Assembly (NCBI GenBank): GCA_964016885.1
Contig: OZ024742.1
Coordinates: 14,818,001-14,882,000, forward strand
DNA length: 64,000 nucleotides
Reading direction: 5' to 3'
Source of the DNA: Eledone cirrhosa
Taxonomy: Eukaryota
The notes under the pieces are model-generated. The model had not been told where the DNA came from. It worked only from the letters and a program-made list of their open reading frames with translations, and did not search any database. Made by a program: the position numbers and the translations under genes. Position 1 is the first letter of the stretch, and every line of letters begins with the position of its first letter. Positions 1 through 15,000 of the stretch are shown piece after piece.

Positions 1-3000
1 TAAGATGTAATAATATATATAGGTGTATGTGTGTGTGTAAGTTAAGATGTAATAGTATATATAGGTGTATGTGTGTGTGTAAGTTAAGATGTAATAATAT
101 ATATAGGTGTATGTGTGTGTGTAAGTTAAGATGAAATAGTATATATAGGTGTATGTGTGTGTGTAAGTTAAGATGTAATAATATATATAGGTGTATGTGT
201 GTGTGTAAGTTAAGATGTAATAGTATATATAGGCTGTATGTGTGTGTGTAAGTTAAGATGTAATAATATATATAGGTGTATGTGTGTGTGTAAGTTAAGA
301 TGTAATAAGTATATATAGGTGTAGTGTGTGTGTAAAGTTAAGATGTAATAATATATATAGGTGTATGTGTGTGTGTAAGTTAAGATGTAATAATATATAT
401 AGGTGTATGTGTGTGTAAGTTAAGATGTAATTAATATATATAGGTGTATGTGTGTGTGTAAGTTAAGATGTAATAATATATATTAGGTGTATGTGTGTGT
501 AGTAAGTTAAGATGTAATAATATATATAGGTGTATGTGTGTGTGTAAGTTAAGATGTAATAATATATATAGGTGTATGTGTGTGTGTAAGTTAAGATGTA
601 ATAGTATATATAGGTGTATGTGTGTGTAAAGTTAAGATGTAATAATATATATAGGTGTATGTGTGTGTGTAAGTTAAGATGTAATAGTATATATAGGTGT
701 ATGTGTGTGTAAGTTAAGATGTAATAATATATATAGGTGTATGTGTGTGTGTAAGTTAAGATGTAATAATATATATAGGTGTATGTGTGTGTGTAAGTTA
801 AGATGTAATAATATATATAGGTGTATGTGTGTGTGTAAGTTAATATGTAATAGTATATATAGGTGTAATGTGTGTGTAAGTTAAGATATAATAGTATATA
901 TAGGTGTATGTGTGTGTGTAAGTTAAGATGTAATAGTATATATAGTGTATGTGTGTGTAAGTTAAGATGTAATAATATATATAGGTGTATGTGTGTGTGT
1001 AAGTTAAGATGTAATAGTATATATAGATGTATGTGTGTGTAAGTTAAGATGTAATAAGTATATATAGGTGTATGTGTGTGTGTAAGTTAAGATGTAATAA
1101 TATATATAGGTGTATGTGTGTGTGTAAGTTAAGATGTAATAATATATATAGGTGTATGTGTGTAGAAGTTAAGATGTAATAATATATATATAGGTGTATG
1201 TGTGTGTGTAAGTTAAGATGTAATAGTATATATAGCTGTATGTGTGTGTGGAAGTTAAGATGTAATAATATATATAGGTGTATGTGTGTGTGTAAGTTAA
1301 GATGTAATAATTATATATAGGTGTATGTGTGTGTGTAAGTAAGATGTTATAATATATATAGGTGTATGTGTGTGTGTAAGTTAAGATGTAATAGTATATA
1401 TAGGTGTATGTGTTGTGTGTAAGTTAAGATCGTAATAATATATATAGGTGTATGTGTGTGGAAGTTAAGATGTAATAATATATATAGGTGTGTGTGTGTG
1501 TGTAAGTTAAGATGTAATAGTATATATAGGTGTATGTGTGTGTGTAAGTTAAGATGTAATAGTATATATAGGTGTATGTGTGTGTAAGTTAAGATGTAAT
1601 AGTATATATAGGTGTATGTGTGTGTAAGTTAAGATGTAATAACATATTAGGTGGTATGTGTGTGTGTAAGTTAAGATGTAATAGTATATATAGGTGTAAG
1701 TGTGTGTGTAAGTTAAGATGTAATAATATATATAGGTGTAAGTGTGTTGTGTAAGTTAAGATGTAATAGTATATATAGGTGTGTGTGTGTAAGTTAAGAT
1801 GTAATAGTATATATAGGTGTATGTGTGTGTCAGTTAAGATGTAATAATATATATAGGTGTATGTATGTGTGTAAGTTAAGATGTAATAGTATATATAGGT
1901 GTATGTGTGTGTGTAAGTTAAGATGTAATAATATATATAGGTGTATGTGTGTGTGTAAGTTAAGATGTAATAATATATATAGGTGTATGTGTGTGGAAGT
2001 TAAGATTGTAATAATATATATAGGTGTATGTGTGTGGAAGTTAAAGATGTAATAATATATATAGGTGTATGTGTGTGTGTAAGTTAAGATGTAATAATAT
2101 ATATAGGTGTATGTGTGTGTGTAAGTTAAGATGTAATAAGTATATATAGGTGTATGTGTGTGGAAGTTAAGATGTATATATATATAGGTGTATGTGTGTG
2201 TGTAAGTTAAGATGTAATAGTATATATAGGTGTATGTGTGTGTGTAAGTTAAGATGTAATAATATATATAGGTGTATGTGTGTGTGTAAGTTAAGATGTA
2301 ATAATATATATAGGTGTATGTGTGTGTGTAAGTTAAGATGTAATAATATATATATAGGTGTATGTGTGTGTGTAAGTTAAGATGTAATAGTATATATAGG
2401 TGTATGTGTGTGTAAGTTAAGATGTATAATAGTATATAGGTGTATGTGTGTGGTAAGTTAAGATGTAGATTAGTATATATAGGTGTATGTGTGTGTGTAA
2501 GTTAAGATGTAATAATATATATAGGTGTATGTGTGTGTGTAAGTTAAGATGTAATAAGTATATATAGGTGTATGTGTGTGTGTAAGTTAAGATGTAATAA
2601 TATATATAGGTGTATGTGTGTGTGTAAGTTAAGATGTAATAGTATATATAGGTGTATGTGTGTGTAAAGTAAGATGTAATAATATATATAGGTGTATGTG
2701 TGTGTGTAAGTTAAGATGTAATAGATATATTAGGTGCATGTGTGTGTAAGTTAAGATGTAATAATATATATAGGTGTATGTGTGTGTGTAAGTTAAGATG
2801 TTATAATATATATAGGTGTATGTGTGTGTGTAAGTTAAGATGTAATAATATATATAGGTGTATGTGTGTGTGTAAGTTAATATGTAATAGTATATATAGG
2901 TGTATGTGTGTGTGTAAGTTAAGATATAATAGTATATATATAGGTGTATGTGTGTGTGTAAGTTAAGATGTAATAGTATATATAGGTGTATGTGTGTGTA

Positions 3001-6000
3001 AGTTAAGATGTAATAATATATATAGGTGTATGTGTGTGTGTAAGTTAAGATTGTAATAGTATATTATAGATGTATGTGTGTGTTAAGTCTAAGATGTAAT
3101 AGTATTATATAGGTGTATGTGTGTGTGTAAGTTAAGATGTAATAGATATATATAGGTGTATGTGTGTGTGAAGTTAAGATGTAAATAATATATAGGTGTA
3201 TGTGTGTGGATGTTAAGATGTACATGAGATAGATATAGGTGTGTAGGTGTGTGTGTGGTAAGTTAAGATGTTATAATATATATAGGTGTATGTGTGTGAG
3301 CTCTAGTGTTAAGATGTAATAGTATATATAGGTGTATGTGTGTGTGGAAGTTATGATGTAATAATATATATAGGTGTATGTGTGTGTGTAAGTTAAGATG
3401 TAAATAATATATATAGTGTGTATGTGTGTGTAGAGTGTTAAGATGTAATAATATATATAGGTGTATGTGTGTGTGTAAGTTAAGATGTTATAATTATATA
3501 TAAGGTGTATGTGTGTGTGTAAGTTAAGATGTAATAGTATATATAGGTGTATGTGTTGTCGTAAGTTAAGATGTAATAGTATATATAGGTGTATGTGTCG
3601 TCTGTAAGTTAAGATGTAATAGTATATATAGGTGTATGTGTTGTGTGTGAAGTTAAGATGTAATAATATATATAGGTGTATGTGTGTGTGTAAGTTAAGA
3701 TGTAATAAGTATATATAGGTGTATGTGTGTGTAAGTTAAGATGTAATAATATATTATAGGTGTATTGTGTGTGTGTAAGTTAAGATGTTATAATATATAT
3801 AGGTGTNNNNNNNNNNNNNNNNNNNNNNNNNNNNNNNNNNNNNNNNNNNNNNNNNNNNNNNNNNNNNNNNNNNNNNNNNNNNNNNNNNNNNNNNNNNNNN
3901 NNNNNNNNNNNNNNNNNNNNNNNNNNNNNNNNNNNNNNNNNNNNNNNNNNNNNNNNNNNNNNNNNNNNNNNNNNNNNNNNNNNNNNNNNNNNNNNNNNNN
4001 NNNNNNATGTGTGTGTAAGTTAAGATGTAATAGTATATATAGGTGTATGTGTGTGTGTAAGTTAAGATATAATAGTATATATAGGTGTATGTGTGTGTAA
4101 GTTAAGATGTAATAATATATATAGGTGTATGTGTGTGTAAGTTAAGATGTAATAATATATATAGGTGTATGTGTGTGTAAGTTAAGATGTAATAATATAT
4201 ATAGGTGTATGTGTGTGTAAGTTAAGATGTAATAGTATATATAGGTGTGTGTGTAAGTTAAGATGTAATAATATATATAGGTGTATGTGTGTGTAAGTTA
4301 AGATGTAATAATATATATAGGTGTATGTGTGTGTGTAAGTTAAGATGTAATAGTATATATAGGTGTATGTGTGTGTAAGTTAAGATGTAATAGTATATAT
4401 AGGTGTATGTGTGTGTGTAAGTTAAGATGTAATAGTATATATAGGTGTATGTGTGTGTAAGTTAAGATGTAATAATATATATAGGTGTATGTGTGTGTAA
4501 GTTAAGATGTAATAATATATATAGGTGTATGTGTGTGTGTAAGTTAAGATGTAATAGTATATATAGGTGTATGTGTGTGTTTAAGTTAAGATGTAATAGT
4601 ATATATAGGTGTATGTGTGTGTAAGTTAAGATGTAATAATATATATAGGTGTATGTGTGTGTGTAATTTAAGATGTAATGGTATATATAGGTGTATGTGT
4701 GTGTAAGTTAAGATGTAATAATATATTTAGGTATATGTGTGTGTAAGTTAAGATGTAATAATATATATAGGTGTATGTGTGTGTGTGTAAGTTAAGATGT
4801 AATAGTATATATAGGTGTATGTGTGTGTGTAAGTTAAGATGTAATAATATATATAGGTGTATGTGTGTGTAAGTTAAGATGTAATAATATATATAGGTGT
4901 ATGTGTGTGTAAGTTAAGATGTAATAGTATATATAGGTGTATGTGTGTGTGTAAGTTAAGATGTAATAATATATATAGGTGTATGTGTGTGTAAGTTAAG
5001 ATGTAATAATATATATAGGTGTATGTGTGTGTGTAAGTTAAGATGTAATAGTATATATAGGTGTATGTGTGTGTAAGTTAAGATGTAATATTATATATAG
5101 GTGTATGTGTGTGTGTAAGTTAAGATGTAATAGTATATATAGGTGTATGTGTGTGTGTAAGTTAAGATGTAATAGTATATATAGGTGTATGTGTGATGTA
5201 AGTTAAGATGTAATAGTATATATAGGTGTATGTGTGTGTGTAATTTAAGATGTAATAGTATATATAGGTGTATGTGTGTGTGTAAGTTAAGATGTAATAG
5301 TATATATAGGTTTATGTGTGTGTGTAAGTTAAGATGTAATAGTATATATAGGTGTATGTGTGTGTGTAAGTTAAGATGTAATAGTATATATAGGTGTATG
5401 TGTGTGTGTAAGTTAAGATGTAATAGTATATATAGGTGTATGTGTGTGTGTAAGTTAAGATGTAATAGTATATATAGGTGTATGTGTGTGTAAGTTAAGA
5501 TGTAATAGTATATATAGGTGTATGTGTGTGTGTAAGTTAAGATATAATAGTATATATAGGTGTATGTGTGTGTAAGTTAAGATGTAATAATATATATAGG
5601 TGTATGTGTGTGTAAGTTAAGATGTAATAATATATATAGGTGTATGTGTGTGTAAGTTAAGATGTAATAATATATATAGGTGTATGTGTGTGTAAGTTAA
5701 GATGTAATAGTATATATAGGTGTGTGTGTAAGTTAAGATGTAATAATATATATAGGTGTATGTGTGTGTAAGTTAAGATGTAATAATATATATAGGTGTA
5801 TGTGTGTGTGTAAGTTAAGATGTAATAGTATATATAGGTGTATGTGTGTGTGTAAGTTAAGATGTAATAATATATATAGGTGTATGTGTGTGTAAGTTAA
5901 GATGTAATAATATATATAGGTTTATGTGTGTGTAAGTTAAGATGTAATAGTATATATAGGTGTATGTGTGTGTGTAAGTTAAGATGTAATAATATATATA

Positions 6001-9000
6001 GGTGTATGTGTGTGTATAAGTTAAGATGTAATAGTATATATAGGTGTATGTGTGTGTGTAAGTTAAGATGTAATAATATATATAGGTGTATGTGTGTGTA
6101 AGTTAAGATGTAATAGTATATATAGGTGTATGTGTGTGTGTAAGTTAAGATGTAATAGTATATATAGGTGTATGTGTGTGTAAGTTAAGATGTAATAATA
6201 TATATAGGTGTATGTGTGTGTAAGTTAAGATGTAATAATATATATAGGTGTATGTGTGTGTAAGTTAAGATGTAATAATATATATAGGTGTATGTGTGTG
6301 TAAGTTAAGATGTAATAATATATATAGGTGTATGTGTGTGTAAGTTAAGATGTAATAATATATATAGGTGTATGTGTGTGTGTAAGTTAAGATGTAATAG
6401 TATATATAGGTGTATGTGTGTGTAAGTTAAGATGTAATAATATATATAGGTGTATGTGTGTGTAAGTTAAGATGTAATAGTATATATAGGTGTATGTGTG
6501 TGTGTAAGTTAAGATGTAATAGTATATATAGGTATATGTGTGTGTAAGTTAAGATGTAATAATATATATAGGTGTATGTGTGTGTGTAAGTTAAGATGTA
6601 ATAGTATATATAGGTGTATGTGTGTGTAAGTTAAGATGTAATAATATATATAGGTGTATGTGTGTGTGTAAGTTAAGATGTAATAGTATATACAGGTGTA
6701 TGTGTGTGTAAGTTAAGATGTAATAATATATATAGGTGTATGTGTGTGTGTAAGTTAAGATGTAATAGTATATATAGGTGTATGTGTGTGTGTAAGTTAA
6801 GATGTAATAGTATATATAGGTGTATGTGTGTGTGTAAGTTAAGATGTAATAGTATATATAGGTGTATGTGTGATGTAAGTTAAGATGTAATAGTATATAG
6901 GTGTATGTGTGTGTGTAATTTAAGATGTAATAGTATATATAGGTGTATGTGTGTGTGTAAGTTAAGATGTAATAGTATATATAGGTGTATGTGTGTGTGT
7001 AAGTTAAGATGTAATAGTATATATAGGTGTATGTGTGTGTGTAAGTTAAGATGTAATAGTATATATAGGTGTATGTGTGTGTGTAAGTTAAGATGTAATA
7101 GTATATATAGGTGTATGTGTGTGTGTAAGTTAAGATGTAATAGTATATATAGGTGTATGTGTGTGTGTAAGTTAAGATGTAATAGTATATATAGGTGTAT
7201 GTGGTGGTAAGTTAAGATGTAATAGTATATATAGGTGTATGTGTGTGTTTAAGTTAAGATGTAATAGTATATATAGGTGTATGTGTGTGTAAGTTAAGAT
7301 GTAATAATATATATAGGTGTATGTGTGTGTGTAATTTAAGATGTAATAGTATATATAGGTGTATGTGTGTGTAAGTTAAGATCGTAATAATATATATAGG
7401 TGTATGTGTGTGTGTAAGTTAAGATGTAATAGTATATATAGGTGTATGTGTGTGTAAGTTAAGATGTAATAATATATATAGGTGTATGTGTGTGTGTAAG
7501 TTAAGATGTAATAGTATATATAGGTGTATGTGTGTGTAAGTTAAGATGTAATAATATATATAGGTGTATGTGTGTGTGTAAGTTAAGATGTAATAGTATA
7601 TATAGGTGTGTGTGTGTAAGTTAAGATGTAATAGTATATATAGGTGTATGTGTGTGTAAGTTAAGATGTAATAGTATATATAGGTGTATGTGTGTGTGTA
7701 AGTTAAGATATAATAGTATATATAGGTGTATGTGTGTGTAAGTTAAGATGTAATAATATATATAGGTGTATGTGTGTGTAAGTTAAGATGTAATAATATA
7801 TATAGGTGTATGTGTGTGTAAGTTAAGATGTAATAATATATATAGGTGTATGTGTGTGTAAGTTAGATGTAATAGTATATATAGAGCTGTGTGTGTAAGT
7901 TAAGATGTAATAATATATATAGGTGTATGTGTGTGTAAGTTAAGATGTAATAATATAATATAGGTGTATGTGTGTGTGTAAGTTAAGATGTAATAGTATA
8001 TATAGGTGTATGTGTGTGTGTAATTTAAGATGTAATAGTATATATAGGTGTATGTGTGTGTGTAAGTTAAGATGTAATAGTATATATAGGTGTATGTGTG
8101 ATGTAAGTTAAGATGTAATAGTATATATAGGTGTATGTGTGTGTGTAAGTTAAGATGTAATAGTATATATAGGTGTATGTGTGTGTAAGTTAAAATGTAA
8201 TAATATATATAGGTTTATGTGTGTGTAAGTTAAGATGTAATAGTATATATAGGTGTATGTGTGTGTGTAAGTTAAGATGTAATAATATATCTTGGTGTAT
8301 GTGTGTGTATAAGTTAAGATGTAATAGTATATATAGGTGTATGTGTGTGTGTAAGTTAAGATGTAATAATATATATAGGTGTATGTGTGTGTAAGTTAAG
8401 ATGTAATGATGTATATAGGTGTATGTGTGTGTAAGTTAAGATGTAATAATATATATAGGTGTATGTGTGTGTGTAAGTTAAGATGTAATAGTATATATAG
8501 GTGTATGTGTGTGTAAGTTAAGATGTAATAATATATATAGGTGTATGTGTGTGTGTAAGTTAAGATGTAATAGTATATATAGGTGTATGTGTGTGTAAGT
8601 TAAGATGTAATAATATATATAGGTGTATGTGTGTGTGTAAGTTAAGATGTAATAGTATATATAGGTGTATGTGTGTGTGTAAGTTAAGATGTAATAGTAT
8701 ATATAGGTGTATGTGTGTGTGTAAGTTAAGATGTTATAGTATATATAGGTGTATGTGTGTGTGTAAGTTAAGATGTAATAGTATATATAGGTGTATGTGT
8801 GTGTAAGTTAAGATGTAATAGTATATATAGGTGTATGTGTGTGTTTAAGTTAAGATGTAATAGTATATATAGGTGTATGTGTGTGTAAGTTAAGATGTAA
8901 TAATATATATAGGTGTATGTGTGTGTGTAATTTAAGATGTAATAGTATATATAGGTGTATGTGTGTGTAAGTTAAGATGTAATAATATATATAGGTGTAT

Positions 9001-12000
9001 GTGTGTGTGTGTAAGTTAAGATGTAATAGTATATATAGGTGTATGTGTGTGTGTAAGTTAAGATGTAATAATATATATAGGTGTATGTGTGTGTAAGTTA
9101 GATGTAATAATATATATAGGTGTATGTGTGTGTAAGTTAAGATGTAATAGTATATATAGGTGTATGTGTGTGTGTAAGTTAAGATGTAATAATATATATA
9201 GGTGTATGTGTGTGTAAGTTAAGATGTAATAATATATATAGGTGTATGTGTGTGTGTAAGTTAAGATGTAATAGTATATATAGGTGTATGTGTGTGTAAG
9301 TTAAGATGTAATAATATATATAGGTGTATGTGTGTGTGTAAGTTAAGATGTAATAATATATATAGGTGTATGTGTGTGTAAGTTAAGATGTAATAGTATA
9401 TATAGGTGTATGTGTGTGTGTAAGTTAAGATGTAATAATATATATAGGTGTATGTGTGTGTAAGTTAAGATGTAATAATATATATAGGTGTATGTGTGTG
9501 TAAGTTAAGATGTAATAATATATATAGGTGTATGTGTGTGTGTAAGTTAAGATGTAATAGTATATATAGGTGTATGTGTGTGTGTAAGTTAAGATGTAAT
9601 AATATATATAGGTGTATGTGTGTGTAAGTTAAGATGTAATAATATATATAGGTGTATGTGTGTGTAAGTTAGGATGTAATAATATATATAGGTGTATGTG
9701 TGTGTGTAAGTTAAGATGTAATAATACATATAGGTGTATGTGTGTGTGTAAGTTAAGATGTAATAGTATATATAGGTGTATGTGTGTGTGTAAGTTAAGA
9801 TGTAATAGTATATATAGGTGTTGTGTGTGTAAGTTAAGATGTAATAGTATATATAGGTGTATGTGTGTGTAAGTTAAGATGTAATAGTATATATAGGTGT
9901 ATGTGTGTGTGTAAGTTAAGATATAATAGTATATATAGGTGTATGTGTGTGTAAGTTAAGATGTAAATAATATATATAGGTGTATGTGTGTGTAAGTTAA
10001 GATGTAATAATATATATAGGTGTATGTGTGTGTAAGTTAAGATGTAATAATATATATAGGTGTATGTGTGTAAGTTAAGATGTAATAGTATATATAGGTG
10101 TGTGTGTAAGTTAAGATGTAATAATATATATAGGTGTATGTGTGTGTAAGTTAAGATGTAATAATATATATAGGTGTATGTGTGTGTGTAAGTTAAGAGG
10201 TAATAGTATATATAGGTGTATGTGTGTGTGTAAGTTAAGATGTAATAATATATATAGGTGTATGTGTGTGTAAGTTAGATGTAATAATATATATAGGTTT
10301 ATGTGTGTGTAAGTTAAGATGTAATAGTATATATAGGTGTATGTGTGTGTGTAAGTTAAGATGTAATAATATATATAGGTGTATGTGTGGTGTATAAGTT
10401 AAGATGTAATAGTATATATAGGTGTATGTGTGTGTGTAAGTTAAGATGTAATAATATATATAGGTGTATGTGTGTGTAAGTTAAGATGTAATGATATATA
10501 TAGGTGTATGTGTGTGTGTGTAAGTTAAGATGTAATAGTATATATAGGTGTATGTGTGTGTGTAAGTTAAGATGTAATAATATATATAGGTGTATGTGTG
10601 TGTAAGTTAAGATGTAATAATATATATAGGTGTATGTGTGCGTAAGTTAAGTGTAATAATATATATAGGTGTATGTGTGTGTGTAAGTTAAGATGTAATA
10701 GTATATATAGGTGTATGTGTGTGTGTAAGTTAAGATGTAATAGTATATATAGGTGTATGTGTGTGTGTAAGTTAAGATGTAATAATATATATAGGTGTAT
10801 GTGTGTGTAAGTTAAGATGTAATGATATATATAGGTGTATGTGTGTGTAAGTTAAGATGTAATAGTATATATAGGTGTATGTGTGTGTGTAAGTTAAGAT
10901 GTAATAATATATATAGGTGTATGTGTGTGTAAGTTAAGATGTAATAATATATATAGGTGTATGTGTGTGTAAGTTAAGATGTAATAATATATATAGGTGT
11001 ATGTGTGTGTGTAAGTTAAGATGTAATAGTATATATAGGTGTATGTGTGTGTGTAAGTTAAGATGTAATAGTATATATAGGTGTATGTGTGTGTAAGTTA
11101 AGATGTAATAGTATATATAGGTGTATGTGTGTGTGTAAGTTAAGATGTAATAGTATATATAGGTGTATGTGTGTGTAAGTTAAGATGTTATAATATATAT
11201 AGGTGTATGTGTGTGTAAGTTAAGATGTAATAATATATATAGGTGTATGTGTGTGTGTAAGTTAAGATGTAATAGTATATATAGGTGTATGTGTGTGTGT
11301 AAGTTAAGATGTAATAGTATATATAGGTGTATGTGTGTGTAAGTTAAGATGTAATAATATATATAGGTGTATGTGTGTGTGTAATTTAAGATGTAATAGT
11401 ATATATAGGTGTATGTGTGTGTAAGTTAAGATGTAATAATATATATAGGTGTATGTGTGTGTGTAAGTTAAGATGTAATAGTATATATAGGTGTATGTGT
11501 GTGTAAGTTAAGATGTAATAATATATATAGGTGTATGTGTGTGTGTGTAAGTTAAGATGTAATAGTATATACAGGTGTATGTGTGTGTAAGTTAAGATGT
11601 AATAGTATATATAGGTGTATGTGTGTGTGTAAGTTAAGATGTAATAGGATATATAGGTGTATGTGTGTGTGAAGTTAAGATGTAATAGTATATATAGGTG
11701 TATGTGTGTGTGTAAGTTAAGATGTAATAGTATATATAGGTGTATGTGTGTGTAAGTTAAGATGTAATAATATATATAGGTGTATGTGTGTGTGTAAGTT
11801 AAGATGTAATAGTATATATAGGTGTATGTGTGTGTAAGTTAAGATGTAATAATATATATAGGTGTATGTGTGTGTGTAAGTTAAGATGTAATAGTATATA
11901 CAGGTGTATGTGTGTGTAAGTTAAGATGTAATAATATATATAGGTGTATGTGTGTGTGTAAGTTAAGATGTAATAGTATATATAGGTGTATGTGTGTGTG

Positions 12001-15000
12001 TAAGTTAAGATGTAATAGTATATATAGGTGTATGTGTGTGTGTAAGTTAAGATGTAATAGTATATATAGGTGTATGTGTGTGTGTAAGTTAAGATGTAAT
12101 AGTATATATAGGTGTATGTGTGTGTGTAAGTTAAGATGTAATAGCTATATATAGGTGTATGTGTGTGTGTAAGTTAAGATGTAATAGTATATATAGGTGT
12201 ATGTGTGTGTTAAGTTAAGATGTAATAGTATATATAGGTGTATGTGTGTGTAAGTTAAGATGTAATAATATATATAGGTGTATGTGTGTGTGTAATTTAA
12301 GATGTAATAGTATATATAGGTGTATGTGTGTGTAAGTTAAGATGTAATAATATATATAGGTGTATGTGTGTGTGTAAGTTAAGATGTAATAGTATATATA
12401 GGTGTATGTGTGTGTAAGTTAAGATGTAATAATATATATAGGTGTATGTGTGTGTGTAAGTTAAGATGTAATAGTATATACAGGTGTATGTGTGTGTAAG
12501 TTAAGATGTAATAGTATATATAGGTGTATGTGTGTGTAAGTTAAGATGTAATAATATATATAGGTGTATGTGTGTGTGTAAGTTAAGATGTAATAATATA
12601 TATAGGTGTATGTGTGTGTGTAAGTTAAGATGTAATAGGATATATAGGTGTATGTGTGTGTGTAAGTTAATATGTAATAGTATATATAGGTGTATGTGTG
12701 TGTGTAAGTTAAGATGTAATAGTATATATAGGTGTATGTTTGTGTGTAAGTTAAGATGTAATAGTATATATAGGTGTATGTGTGTGTGTAAGTTAAGATG
12801 TAACAATATATATAGGTGTATGTATGTGTAAGTTAAGATGTAATAATATATATAGGTGTATGTGTGTGTGTAAGTTAAGATGTAATAATATATATAGGTG
12901 TATGTGTGTGTAAGTTAAGATGTAATAGTGTATATAGGTGTATGTGTGTGTGTAAGTTAAGATGTAATAATATATATAGGTGTATGTGTGTGTAAGTTAA
13001 GATGTAATAATATATATAGGTGTATGTGTGTGTGTAAGTTAAGATATAATAGTATATATAGGTGTATGTCTGTGTGTAATTTAAGATGTAATAGTATATA
13101 TAGGTGTATGTGTGTGTGTAAGTTAAGATGTAATAACATATATAGGTGTATGTGTGTGTGTAAGTTAAGATGTAATAGTATATATAGGTGTATGTGTGTG
13201 TAATTTCAGATGTAATAATATATATAGGTGTATGTGTGTGTGTAGGTTAAGATGTAATAATATATATAGGTGTATGTGTGAGTGTAAGTTAAGATGTAAT
13301 AATATATATAGGTGTATGTGTGTGTAAGTTAAGATGTAATAGTATATATAGGTGTATGTGTGTGTGTAAGTTAAGATGTAATAGTATATATAGGTGTATG
13401 TGTGTGTGTAAGTTAAGATGTAATAGTATATATATAGGTGTATGTGTGTGTGTAAGTTAAGATGTAACTAATATATATAGGTGTATGTGTGTGTGTATGT
13501 TAAGATGTAATAATATATATAGGTGTATGTGTGTGTGTAAGTTAAGATGTAATAGTATATATAGGTGTATGTGTGTGTAAGTTAAGATGTAATAGTATAT
13601 ATAGGTGTATGTGTGTGTGTAAGTTAAGATGTAATAATATATATAGGTGTATGTGTGTGTAAGTTAAGATGTAATAGTATATATAGGTGTATGTGTGTGT
13701 GTAAGTTAAGATGTAATAGTATATATAGGTGTATGTGTGTGTAAGTTAAGATGTAATAATATATATATAGGTGTATGTGTGTGTGTAAGTTAAGATGTAA
13801 TAATATATATAGGTGTATGTGTGTGTGTAAGTTAAGATGTAATAATATATATAGGTGTATGTGTGTGTAAGTTAAGATGTAATAGTATATATAGGTGTAT
13901 GTGTGTGTGTATGTTAAGATGTAATAATATATATAGGTGTATGTGTGTGTAAGTTAAGATGTAATATTATATATAGGTGTATGTGTGTGTAAGTTAAGAT
14001 GTAATAGTATATATAGGTGTATGTGTGTGTGTAAGTTAAGATGTAATAATATATATAGGTGTATGTGTGTGTAAGTTAAGATGTAATAATATATATAGGT
14101 GTATGTGTGTGTAAGTTAAGATGTAATAATATATATAGGTGTATGTGTGTGTAAGTTAAGATGTAATAATATATATAGGTGTATGTGTGTGTAAGTTAAG
14201 ATGTAATAATATATATAGGTGTATGTGTGTGTAAGTTAAGATGTAATAATATATATAGGTGTATGTGTGTGTAAGTTAAGATGTAATAATATATATAGGT
14301 GTATGTGTGTGTAAGTTAAGATGTAATAGTATATATAGGTGTATGTGTGTGTGTAAGTTAAGATGTAATAGTATATATAGGTGTATGTGTGTGTAAGTTA
14401 AGATGTAATAATATATATAGGTATATGTGTGTGTAAGTTAAGATGTAATAATATATATAGGTGTATGTGTGTGTGTAAGTTAAGATGTAATAGTATATAT
14501 AGGTGTATGTGTGTGTGTATGTTAAGATGTAATAATATATATAGGTGTATGTGTGTGTAAGTTAAGATGTAATAGTATATATAGGTGTATGTGTGTGTAA
14601 GTTAAGATGTAATAGTATATATAGGTGTATGTGTGTGTGTAAGTTAAGATGTAATAATATATATAGGTGTATGTGTGTGTAAGTTAAGATGTAATAATAT
14701 ATATAGGTGTATGTGTGTGTAAGTTAAGATGTAATAATATATATAGGTGTATGTGTGTGTAAGTTAAGATGTAATAATATATATAGGTGTATGTGTGTGT
14801 AAGTTAAGATGTAATAATATATATAGGTGTATGTGTGTGTAAGTTAAGATGTAATAATATATATAGGTGTATGTGTGTGTAAGTTAAGATGTAATAATAT
14901 ATATAGGTGTATGTGTGTGTAAGTTAAGATGTAATAGTATATATAGGTGTATGTGTGTGTGTAAGTTAAGATGTAATAGTATATATAGGTGTATGTGTGT

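Noticed and set aside
2400-3806. Apparent burst of divergent satellite units
   Set aside because: Scattered single-base indels increase toward the gap, typical of low-coverage long-read contig ends.
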